Shown here in pieces: positions 1 to 10,615 of a DNA stretch of 64,000 nt. The stretch is from the NCBI GenBank assembly GCA_050084515.1, contig CM114271.1, forward strand, positions 32,240,001 to 32,304,000. Direction: 5' to 3'. The stretch's first letter is position 1, and each line of letters starts with the position of its first letter. Under the pieces are notes generated by a model, which searched no databases, had not been told where the DNA came from, and was given only the letters and a program-made list of their open reading frames with translations. Origin of the DNA: Blasia pusilla. Lineage: Eukaryota. A program made the position numbers and the translations under genes.

Positions 1-969
1 ATCAAGTCTCGTCAACAAGGTCAAAGACTTTGCGATCGCACTAAAACCCTTGACATACCTGTCGATAGAAGTTCGCCACCCAAGAAATGCTCGGACTCGA
101 CTCTCATCATCGTAGGGCGTGGAATCTGCGCAATAGCCTCTACCTTCGTCTGCCTGAACGCCTAACCCACTCGGGTATATGGTGTGTCCCAAGTACTCAA
201 TCTGCTCTGGAAGAATCTGACTTGCCTGGATGTAACTTCAGTCCATGTAAGCTGCAATCGCGAAACACCTCCTCCAAGTGTCGCTCATGCTCCTCAACCG
301 TGGGAATCAAGATAAGAATATCATCTATGTAACATCGTACAAAATCCAAGCCCGTAATCCTATCCATCACTCTCTGAAACTCCGCAGGAGCGTTCTTCAA
401 CCCAAATGGTAAGAACCGCCACTGATACAAGCAATCTCTCCCGAACCGATCTATCCCCCAGAATGTTGTCTTCTCCCTGTCCTCCAACCTGATAGGAAGC
501 TTATGATAGCCAGCACGGAGATCTAAAGTACTGAAGATCTTTGCATGCCCTACCGCATCAAAGATCTCCTCAGGAGTAGGCATGGCATACCGATCTGACC
601 TCGTTTGTCGGTTGATATGACGGTAATCTCCACACATCCGCCTATCCGTCCAATTGCCATACATATCCTTCTTTTGGGCATGACTGTGGCAGATGCATAC
701 TCCCCATGTGACAACTCCACAAGTCCTGCCTCCAACAAGTCCTGACTCCTGCTCTGAATCAAGGCTCGCTCCATATCAGAATATCTATAGGGTCGATGAA
801 AGATTGGCGTATCACTAGCCAACTCAATCCGTATCTCGGGACCCTTCAGCGTACCCAAGTCTCTCATACTGAAGGCAAAACAACTGACATGCCCTCTCAG
901 AAACCTATGAACTTGCCGTCGCTCTCCTCCTATCAACTTGAGACCTATCACAGGCTCCCAAGTCTCCAT
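1..969 (-). pseudogene. Gypsy reverse transcriptase of copy A (frameshifted)
   Basis: ORFs 550-969 and 197-664: RMCGDYRHIN, FSTLDLRAGYH, LPFGLKNAPAEFQRVMD, CYIDDIL. Near-identical to ORF 48041-48808. Confidence 0.93.
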
Positions 970-1279
970 CGTAACCTCACTCGGAGAGGACGCAACCTCC
1001 GGCTTTGGTTGCTATGTAGCAACCCTAGCCACCTCCGCAACAACCACTCCACTCTGACCTCCTACACCATGGTCCACATCCGAAAAATGAACATGTGCTA
1101 CTCTAGCCGCCTTCGCACTCTCTCGAACGGCGCCCCGGGAAGTCCATGGGTGCCTATCTCTCCTCGTCTCGCCCTTGACCAATGCCTCAGAGACTTCAGA
1201 GGCGGTGGTCCAACTAAATGGGCGTGGCGGCATGGATGACACTCGCATCCGTCTCGCTCCACCCCATACCTAGGTGACT

Positions 1280-2210
1280 ATCCATGTGAGACAGTTGAGG
1301 TCCATCGCTTTGCCCCAACACTGTCTCCATGATGCCTCGGTCATCCTCGGCACCGCCGTGGTACCGTAGTGAACCCCATGGCGCTCGCGCTCATCTTGTA
1401 GGCTCCTCCAATACTCCGGTCACCTCATCCCAAATCATGGCTGGTCCTCCCGGACGAAAGGCATGGGATCTTTGGGAAGCTCACCAACGAGGTAAGGCTG
1501 CCCTCAACTCCCCACCCTATTGGCCGTGGCCAACAGTGGTCTATCATCGCGTGTCACCACCTGAGATCGACGCCCTGAGTCCAAAATAGCATCCACCGTG
1601 AGATGTGATGCTCTTTGGACTCCACTGTAGGCTCGACTCAGTACCTCTAATGGTATCAAGTTCGTCCACCACAGTCGTGGACGATGGGCACGTGACCCAA
1701 CTCTCGCTGTATCTAACAACACAGCCGGTCCCAACCAGGACCTCACCTGATGTACACTCGTCATCACACGTGCACGAGTATCTCCCAACAACGGTACGTT
1801 CTCCAAAATGTACGTTGGAGAACATATCTGACTCTGCTGCAAGTGTCGTACTACTCGCAGCATCTCCCAAAACATTCCTGACCTCGGATCCTGCAATCCA
1901 AATCCTCGGCCAGATGATGAATGACCCTGACATGGCCATCCAGCAATCACCAAATGAATGGTGCCAACTCTATCCAGATCCTGCGCCCCCACCAAAGATA
2001 TGTCGACGGGTAGCGTATGCTGCTATCCCCATACTGCAGATACCGACAACAACTCAGGATACCTCTGGACCAATCTCGGCACGTGATGTAATGATACTCG
2101 CCGCGCGGTCTCATCTCTCTCCACATAAAGGTACTTATGCCCGCGTGCAATACTACAGCCAATCCGGTGCTAATCCCTCCAAAGAGATCTAACACCCTAA
2201 CACCCTCCTC
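1280..2210 (-). pseudogene. DNMT3-like C5 cytosine methyltransferase domain in the pol of copy A (frameshifted)
   Basis: Motif I VRVLDLFGGISTG, motif IV HLVIAGWPCQGHS, motif VI YILENVP and motif VIII AHRPRLWWTN are in ORFs 1947-2483 and 1504-1995. Motif IX/X-like ERAMGFT...GQAMDLNCL lies at about 1280-1395. Confidence 0.9.
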
Positions 2211-2599
2211 TGGGCACTGCCACACAACAGGTGTGGTATCTAGTGGGGTCATCGTCTCCACTCCAAGAGTCCGATCGCCACGTGACTCTCGTTGCTCTGG
2301 GATAAAAACATGACTCCACGCTTGCCTCACGAGGTCGTCGGCACTCCTCTGTAGCTCTCGAGTTGTACCCCATAATGGTGAAGAGGCATCGCTAACATGG
2401 GAAGAGACACCCGCCATGGCCTGTCTCTCCGTGGGACTATCCGCTACTGGGACATCCTCCGCATGTGCGTTCCCCTCCAACAACTCTCTGGCCGGCTAAC
2501 ACTACTCGTGAAAGCCGCCAACGTGGTCAGACTCGCCTCGTGATCGACCATCTTGTCCCATAATCGCACGGTAATCGACTCATCCGACCGTCACCGACC

Positions 2600-4894
2600 G
2601 CCATCCTGGCCGATAAGCAACGGTCTCCTCCTAGAAGTCAAGGATGAATCTAGGGGATATAACATCTTTGTACTCCCCACCAACACATCATCGACTCGGT
2701 GGTGTCGTAATCGCACGTGTCGCGCACCATAGCATTATCCGTCGCGATGCTCTGGCTGGACTCTCACAACAATCTCTGCCGAGTCATATATCGAGTGGGT
2801 GATACGCCCCAATCGAGGTCTCAGATCGGAAGGGACAAGGCTCAATGTCGGCCTTCCGTAACCCCAACGCTAAACACGCCGCCTTCCCTAACATCAAGGG
2901 TTGCGCTCCCGAATCAAGTAGGACGGCCGGCTGGTGGTATATCTTGTCCCCGTCGGATTAACCAAGCGAAATACTCATTTCGGTTATCCAAAGAACACTA
3001 CTCAGTGTCACCATGCCGCTCTATGGCGGTCGAGTGGCATATCTACCAACTCGCCGCCGCCGATGCCATGACTCGTGGGGAACGTCCCAAGCACCGGCTT
3101 TGAGGGCAAGTCCACCACCTCCTCAACTACCTCTGAACAAGAAGCGGTCATCTCTCCATGCTCACACAACGTATGCCAACCGGAACACCTCAACTGGTCC
3201 AACTCCCCAACGCCGCCAACTCTAAGGCGGAAAATAGCGAGTCGACTCACTCTAGTGGCCACCTCCAACACTATAGTCGATACACCGACTCACTCGAACC
3301 GGTATAGGAGTTGTCACTCCAACTCCTCGTGACGTCGCGAGGTGCCACGATCTCAGAGGCACCGCTGGTCGTCTAGGCACCATTGATGGTGTGTAGTGCC
3401 TCCGACAATGTGAACGATCGTGGAACCCTGGCCGCCGCCCATCGGTCCCCTCGGTGGGTCAATCTCAACTCCACCTCTCGATGGCTCGGTGCCTCTCGCG
3501 ACACCGAGTCACCACTGCATTTGCCTCAACTTGGGCCGCACTACACATGAATCCCATATTGGAGAGATCCTCACCGGGTCGGGGTAAGAGGTACAGGAGT
3601 CACACTAGCCGCTCGCACTCCGTGCCTTCCTAAGGCGCATCATCGTCATGGCGAGCAATCCTCTGCTCCAAGCGATCGATGCGTGAGAGAAGTGTCGGCT
3701 CTGGTGCTCTGCTCCATCTCCTCCGGGTGGTGGTGGTCCTCTACCACCACGCCCCGGAAGAACTCCCAAACCTCCTCCAGGACGACCGCCCCCAGGCCCT
3801 CGGCCTACCTCTGGACGTGCCCCTCGGCGAAGGTCAAAACATCTATCCCTAGTGTGACCATATCTGTGGCAATGATCACACTGGTGCTCTGGTGGGGCCA
3901 TCCTCTGTGGCTCTGCGCAATCGGAGGTCTTTGGTGGTCCTCTCCCATCTTTGTGGGCTCTCTCGCCTATGGGCCCCTCCACACGTCCAACAAGACCACA
4001 CCGGTCCCTGCTGGGCAACATATGTAGGTGCGGGTCGTTGCCTCATAGGCTCACGGTACCCGCCCTGCTCTCTAGGCACACTGGCCCGCTCCCGTGGTAC
4101 TGGTGCTTGCTGTGGCACCGGTGGGGTCACCGCCGCTTGTGGACCCGTCGACTCTCGAGAAAATCCAGCGGTCACTACCTGCTCCTCACTCATGTTGAGC
4201 TCAATACGCTCAGACAACTCAAAGACCACCTTCAATGTGGGCTTCGTTGTGTGAATCATCACCGCATCTCGGACTCTCCTCCGTAGTTCTCGGTCCAGAA
4301 CCCCGTACCAATACTGGACTGACTACGCCTCAGTCACTCGAAACGTCGCAATGATCAGCCTCCTCATGCGTGTGAATGCCTCTCTCAGACTCTCACCCGA
4401 TCGTCGCTGAAAATCCTGTAGACTCTTCAGCTTGTCGGTGCGTACTCCCTTGTAGCTCTTCCCCAACTGTCGGAAGAACTCCACTGTGGGGCTGAAGCTG
4501 GGTGGACCTCTACCACCAGAGGTCTCTGCCACATCGCCTGTGTCATTGTCCTCCTCTCCATCTAGTCTCCGGGCTGATGGTGTGGGTCTCTCTCCTCTCA
4601 CAATCCCATCATATGCCTTGCGACCACTAGTGGACACATACCCTAGAGCCCAATACATCCTCCAGGCATCGATCTCTACTGAATATAGTGATCGAAACTC
4701 CATGTAGTCATCCATCGGAGGACCCTCCAAGTGCTGGAACAACCCCTTCCATGCCATGAAAGGGTTGAACCGTGTCGGGGTCCGTATCTCTGGAAGTCAC
4801 ACCATGTGTCGAACTCCTGGATGAAATCATCTAAGTCGATGGTGCCCACTTGCACCGAGAAACGACGCATGCCCCGATGGCCCATGTCGTCCAT
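2600..4894 (-). pseudogene. gag (two zinc knuckles) and aspartic protease region of copy A (frameshifted)
   Basis: DLDDFIQEFDTWC gag start, then CWTCGGAH and CDHCHRYGHTRDRC knuckles and a Gly/Arg-rich tract. A protease-like C-terminal half (DVLVG..LYPL.F.LDF) lies near 2620-2690. The catalytic DTG is not cleanly readable. Confidence 0.75.
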
Positions 4895-5857
4895 CTCTCG
4901 CCAAGTACTCTCTGTCTCTCGTCGGTGATCTCGTCACGGACCAGTGTCCGATGATGACGATCCGATCCACGGATGGGGCCGCCGGTAGCTCCTCACTAGT
5001 AACCCCTCGATATCTCACTCCACTCCGTGTCACACCACTACTACTGCTCGCACTACCCCGTTCTTCCGAACCCTGGAAGAACGCCGTGATGACAAACCCT
5101 GTCTCACCCGCTCAAGCACTCGGACTCATCGAGTCTCCCACACGCCTCACTAGCTCACCTATGCGAACATCAATCCCGTGATGACATACCCGGCCTCACG
5201 ACGCTCAACACTCGGGCTCACCATGAGCCTCCCAACTGACTCACCTAACCTAGCGACACACTCTCGGGTCATACACGCGACCCCTACTCGGCAACCGCCG
5301 TATATCCACCAACATGCTACACATGAAAAGAATCTACACTCGTCACCATCACTGCACCCATCTAGCACCAACTACTACCCGATACCCAAAGACTCTCAAT
5401 CACACCACGACAAGTGCGGGAAAAGGGACTCGAATGGGTAACCTGATCACGCCCTCCAACCTGCTGCACCGTCAATATGCACTCCTCCACATAATATGAC
5501 AATCTCCGCCACATAACACTCCCCTCGACCAACACGTCGATCCTCCCGTCAACAGATGCAGACAACCCGTCAGCATCATGCACACTGCCCCTCCAGCGTA
5601 AACTCTCGCAACGCCCTATGCGCGCCTCAAAAACAACATGTCACGCCCGCTGTCCAACTTGTCGATCACTCAGCACGTCGACATCCTCCCTGCCCTCATG
5701 TTGCCCATGCACACCGCGTTCGCCGGACCAACCTCGTCCGTCCTACCACGTTCGCTACGACTGTCCGACCGCCGTCGGTGCTACCACGTCGGAAAGGGGG
5801 AGAAATTTAGGACCGCGGCCCTATGCGGCCCCTTGGGCCCTAAATACGGGGGGGGGC

Positions 5858-6712
5858 TGTCACGCGCCCTGCCGTCCGCCGTCCGCGCCCTGCCGTCCAC
5901 CGTCTGCGCCCTGCCCTAAATTTCGCGACCTAACTCTAGCCGCCTTTACATGACAGCCCCCCGGCGGCTACAAGACCCAACTTGCCCGTTCCTTCTCTTT
6001 CGACGCCTTCACTTGCGTACACCCGACGCCCCACCACACGCTACACTCGGCTGCTGTCCCCCAACAATTTGCACCAGCAAAATCTGAGAAAAACAGATAG
6101 CGCTTCCGCCCACGGCCTTCCGAACAGAAAAATGACACAAAATGACACACACACGTCTCCAGGGGCTCCCCAACCGAGGCAACTCGCTTGCCTACCTGCA
6201 AACAACGAATTCCCACCAGCCCCCTGACATCTTTCTCATGTAAAAATAAAGAGTAGTAAAAACGGCACACCCGGCCTAAAACTCCACTCCTCAATCTACA
6301 TCGGCATATCGAGCCTCGTCCACCTTGTGCTATCAAGGAATCCGGACGCTAGCACTCTAGTCCTAACTCACACACATACAAGGGAGGTGCTCCAACGGCC
6401 CAACATGAGAAAGATGGCTTAAGAAAGCCATCTTCCTCTCTTATATAGGTTGGGAAGAGCCAAAAGGCTCTTCTCCTAAAAATAGCCCTTCCCTTGGTAA
6501 CTTTGTGTGCACAGGTTGAGGCGAGTTACTGGTCAACAAGTCACCCGGTAGAAAAGACCTCAACATGAAAGTAAATCGAAACGCGTTCGACACAATGGAC
6601 CTATCCTCAACCTCATCCGACACTGTGGGACAAAGTTACACTGAAGATAGTCCGTTGGCTCCTACGCCCTATCCACGATAGATCTCGGCCTATCGGCTAC
6701 TCATATGTGACA
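5858..6712 (-). repeat. LTR of copy A
   Basis: Bounded by TGTCAC (5858) and GTGACA (6712). Homologous to 30298-31104 and 58446-58813. Contains TATATAA. The inner boundary is inferred from the terminal inverted repeat only. Confidence 0.8.
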
Positions 6713-8086
6713 ACACCTTCAACAAGTCCAACGTCTGGCTCGACTCCGTCCTTTCCCCTGAGTTTGGGCCCACCGGCCCCGCGGAAGGAGTCGCCTTTGG
6801 AACGTCCTCACGACTGGCGTTCAGCTCTTCGGGAGTCTCCGTCTCCACCATAGCTTCACGATCCGGCATTGGTTCCTCTCTTGGTTCACGTCGCTTGATT
6901 CGGCGCTTCTTGGGTTTTTCTCCCTCGATCGCCATTTCCAAGCCAACTCACTCAGATCTCCTCCTCGTTTCTTGCGTTCCTCCTGGAGCGTCCGAGCCTA
7001 ACCGCTACCTTGAAATTTCCCAAGCGTCCGGCTGATCTCACGACCCCAAGTTCTCGCTCACCAAGGATTAGCTCTGATACCACTTGTCGCGCCCCTACTC
7101 TCCTTGAACGTCAATCTTTAGTGTTGCGGAAGCGTGCGTTCAGTAGGTCACGAACTCATCGCCGATCTGCACCCAAACACGCACTCTCGTTAGTCGGGTT
7201 TGGCCAACCGGCGTTCCAACCCACCAAGTCCTCAACTCGGCGTCTCATCAAGCTCAACCTTCCCGAGTTCCTAGCTTCCAACACATGGCAAGTCCTTCAA
7301 GACTTGGAATAGACTTCCTGGTTAGTCCAAGGATTTGAAACGGCACTTGCGCGCCTAGCGATCCCAACTGTTCAACGGTCCTCGGGTGAGTTCCGAACCG
7401 AGACCCAAGTAATTGAGTCGCGGGGTGGAATCCAAGAGGGATGTCTAAAATCGCCTCCCTGGACTTGGTGCAGATTTTCCAACCCAACCCCCAAACTCGC
7501 GTTCCGTTCCATGCCCTTGAGCCGCCCCGCGGCGCCCAAAGTGGGGTTTGGGTTCCAAGCACTCTCGGAGACCTTCCCCCTTACTAGTACTTCCGGGGTT
7601 CTCCAATAACCCCTCCCCTTTGGGAAAAGAGGTTCAGGCCCTTCATTGTGGCCCTCAACTCGACTCCACTTATAGTTGTTTTCGGGTCGTATCTCTGCCA
7701 CTGCTTATGCGTTTGCAGCAATCTTTGGTGCGTTTGGACCGGCTCTCCATAAGCTTTCCAACGCACCCTTATTTGCTCCAAACGCATCTTGGCGCTAAAA
7801 GTTATGGCCATAAATACAGTCGGAAGCTCTCAAACGCTAGTGGCGTTCCAAATCCGGATCTTCCTTTTGGCAACCCACTTCCTAGACTCGACTTCTTTCA
7901 AGTCTCATTCTGCGTTTGGTCCAGGTTTTTGAGTCGCAACCATCACATCTGAAACGCGACTTCTCGCTCGCGTCTCATCTCTTGTCTCCTCTTTGAGACA
8001 ACTCCAACGCGCAAACCATCTTAGCGTGAGCCCGCTAATGTTCCGATGTTCCGCTTGGCACTTGTTTGGTCATGAGGGTCGCGACA
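6713..8086 (-). mobile_element. 5' end of a chromovirus-family gypsy (copy D: 5' LTR 7085-8086, PBS, start of gag), interrupted by copy A
   Basis: LTR TGTCGCG...CGCGACA matches 35426-36420. Region 6713-7070 matches 46149-46500 of element C. Confidence 0.9.
7071..7082 (-). promoter_or_regulatory. Primer-binding site (tRNA-iMet) of copy D
   Basis: TGGTATCAGAGC on the minus strand, 2 nt inside the LTR end. Confidence 0.9.
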
Positions 8087-9439
8087 CTGATGGTGCTAGC
8101 AGAGATATAATGTTCCTAAGATTTGTCACCAATTTATGCTTCTACATATTTACTTGTCTTTGCACTTGTTAGAAATTCGAGGTCCTTGCAAACTTAGGTT
8201 GGAACTGTTAAAAGGAATTCTAATTTGTGGATTGAACTCAGAGATGGATATATATGAGGTATGTAGGACATTGCAGCTCTCTAGACTATGGTCAACAAGA
8301 TGTCACAATATGACAAACTAGATTACATATCTTCTCGTCTAACTATTCAAAGGAGTAGCATGAAGGTGGTTTGGATTGTTGTCATGGTTGCAGGGTTTTG
8401 GTGTGCATCGTGTTTTGAACCTAGATCCTTATAGATGTTCCTTTGGCATAAAATATGTGGAGGATTTATCAAACTTGATTGAGTCTTCTACTCGTGGATG
8501 AGTTGCAAAAAAATATAGGTGCATTCAAGGGCCTTTTAATTGGCTAGACACATGGAAGTGAACAACAAATATTCAATCTACTTTTCCATTTACATATAAT
8601 GGTTTTCATTGTGAAGGTCATATGCTCTTGAGGTGATATTTGATTTGTTATTGTAGTTTATTGTATGTCATCCATAAAATTTGATATGAGGCCATCAACT
8701 TGATTAGCAATATGAACTATCCATTGCATTCCATAAGATCCCTAAACTAGTTTTTACCATTGCCTTCTTCAGATTTTTAATCTATTGAAGTGATATTAAT
8801 ATAATTATCATCATGCAGGGAGAATGCTTTTGGTTGCTTGCTGGAGTGAATGCAGTATCTTCTTGTATTTTGCAGTTATTGCTAGTTTCCTTTCAATTCG
8901 TGATCTCAGCAAGTTGTTGTATAGCCCACTAAATTTCAATGAAGGTGGTGGCGGGGTGTTGGGGAGCGATAAAGCCAGTTCCTAAGGTAGTACTTTATGA
9001 ATATTGTGTGTTGTGTGAGTTGCAGACTGAGAATTTTCAATGAGTGGAGAATTGGGCTAGGTTTTAAAGTGTGCCTCTAATCCAACTTATGACTTATTGG
9101 TAAATCCAGAACGTGACTGACATAGCTCAAAAGAACAAAACTCTTGTAGGGACTCCTCTAACACATATATGTTTCTTTGGTTCCTTCTAATGTTGCAATG
9201 GCATTGAAAGATCCATAAGAATGGAAAATCGTTGAATATCTAAGTTTGCACACTAATGTACTATCTAGTGGAACACACAAATGATACCACTTACAGATAA
9301 GTGCAATATAATTGAAATGACTGGTTTTCACACTGTGATGCTCTTGATGTATCACATTAGTTACGATGCATTTGTCTCAATATGCTAGCGCAAATATTGT
9401 CTTTAGATGTACATAGAGGCAATGCATGTTTGTTGAAGA

Positions 9440-9780
9440 AGACATTCTACTGTCTTAAACAGGCTCAACGAGCCTGGTATGAAAAAATGGATTACTACCT
9501 TATGAAATAGAGATTTTTTCGAGCTCATATACATTTTAGTGTTTATTGTGAAAATGATACATTGTTTACTAAATTTCTATAGATGACCTTCTTTTGTTAG
9601 GATAAAAGTAAGAAGGCAGTCCAACAAGCAAAGGACAATCTTTGCTCAAAATTTGTTGTGACTATCATAGGTCTAGTAAAGTTCATCTTTGGAGCCAAAC
9701 TTGAGAGGAACAGAGAAGAAGGATTTACGTCCTTCAAATACCAGCAAATTTACATTCTTGGTCTCTTGCACCTTGACTAA
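9440..9780 (+). pseudogene. Heavily decayed Ty1/copia RT fragment
   Basis: Translates as LKQAQRAWYEKMDYYL and later IDDLL, the copia RT signatures LKQAPRAW and YVDD. Has stops and frameshifts. Confidence 0.6.
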
Positions 9781-10615
9781 AGTGAGTGTGAGTGCTCACA
9801 ATGCAAGGACCCATTCACAATTGAGGAATCAACAATAAGAAGCGACAAGTTCTTCCCCAAATACCTCGCCATAGTGAGTATTTGGTTTATGTCATGGTGT
9901 GTCTCTTATGTATTAATGTTATCTTACACACTCATCAAGAGAACCACGTGGACTCTCCAAAATGATGCAAGTCTATCTATTTCATCGAATACTTGAATGT
10001 CGTCCTTCGGGATTGGAACCCATATTGATTGATAGAGTTGGTGGGATGTTATGAGTACATGGACAAGCCTCCTATCAAAAGTAGCAATGTGTTTGCTTTG
10101 GTAAACGGGTTTGGTCCATAGGGTGTTGGATCATTGTGCCTTAATATGATTACTTCATAATTAAAGGAAGACTTCTTAGTTGTGAACCCCATTTAACTCA
10201 CTTGTTCTTCTATTCATTGATTTTCTTGTGAAAAGTTCATTATGACTTGGAGACGATTTAATTAGTTGGATGCAAGGACTCTTGTCGATCACTTCTTGGT
10301 GACAAACCAATGCACGATGCAGGATACATTTCCTCGGCTTACACATATGGCTACCATTCCCAAATTGGAGGTGTCTAAAATAATGGACTACAAGGGTGAA
10401 AAATCTCCATTTTTGAATTTTTTTTTACTTGAGTCCAATAGTATTCAAAAATGGGATTGAGCATTGCTATTAAGCGCTATATTCATGGATATAGCTAGTC
10501 CATGGATTATGAGATAATTATGCAATCGCTTCATTATAGTTGATTATGGATTTAAAAAAATTATACATGAGGCTTTGTCCCACTCTAAATATGAATCATT
10601 GGCTAAAATTGTACT

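Larger units (their letters stand above)
1..6712 (-). mobile_element. Ty3/gypsy LTR retrotransposon carrying a DNA cytosine methyltransferase, copy A (3' part runs off the window)
   Basis: On the minus strand: LTR 6712-5858, gag with two CCHC knuckles, protease region, C5-MTase motifs, then RT (LDLRAGYH, LPFGLKNAP, YIDD). Colinear with copy B at 30298-51102. Confidence 0.92.

Noticed and set aside
1504-2483. Methyltransferase as a host DNMT3/DRM gene or bacterial contamination
   Set aside because: It is intronless, sits at the same pol position in two LTR-element copies, and lies in continuous plant sequence.
7372-7952. ORFs recurring in the chromovirus LTRs (also at about 35.7-36.4 kb and 46.8-47.4 kb)
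   Set aside because: They recur only because the LTR is repeated. Frames and ends differ between copies.
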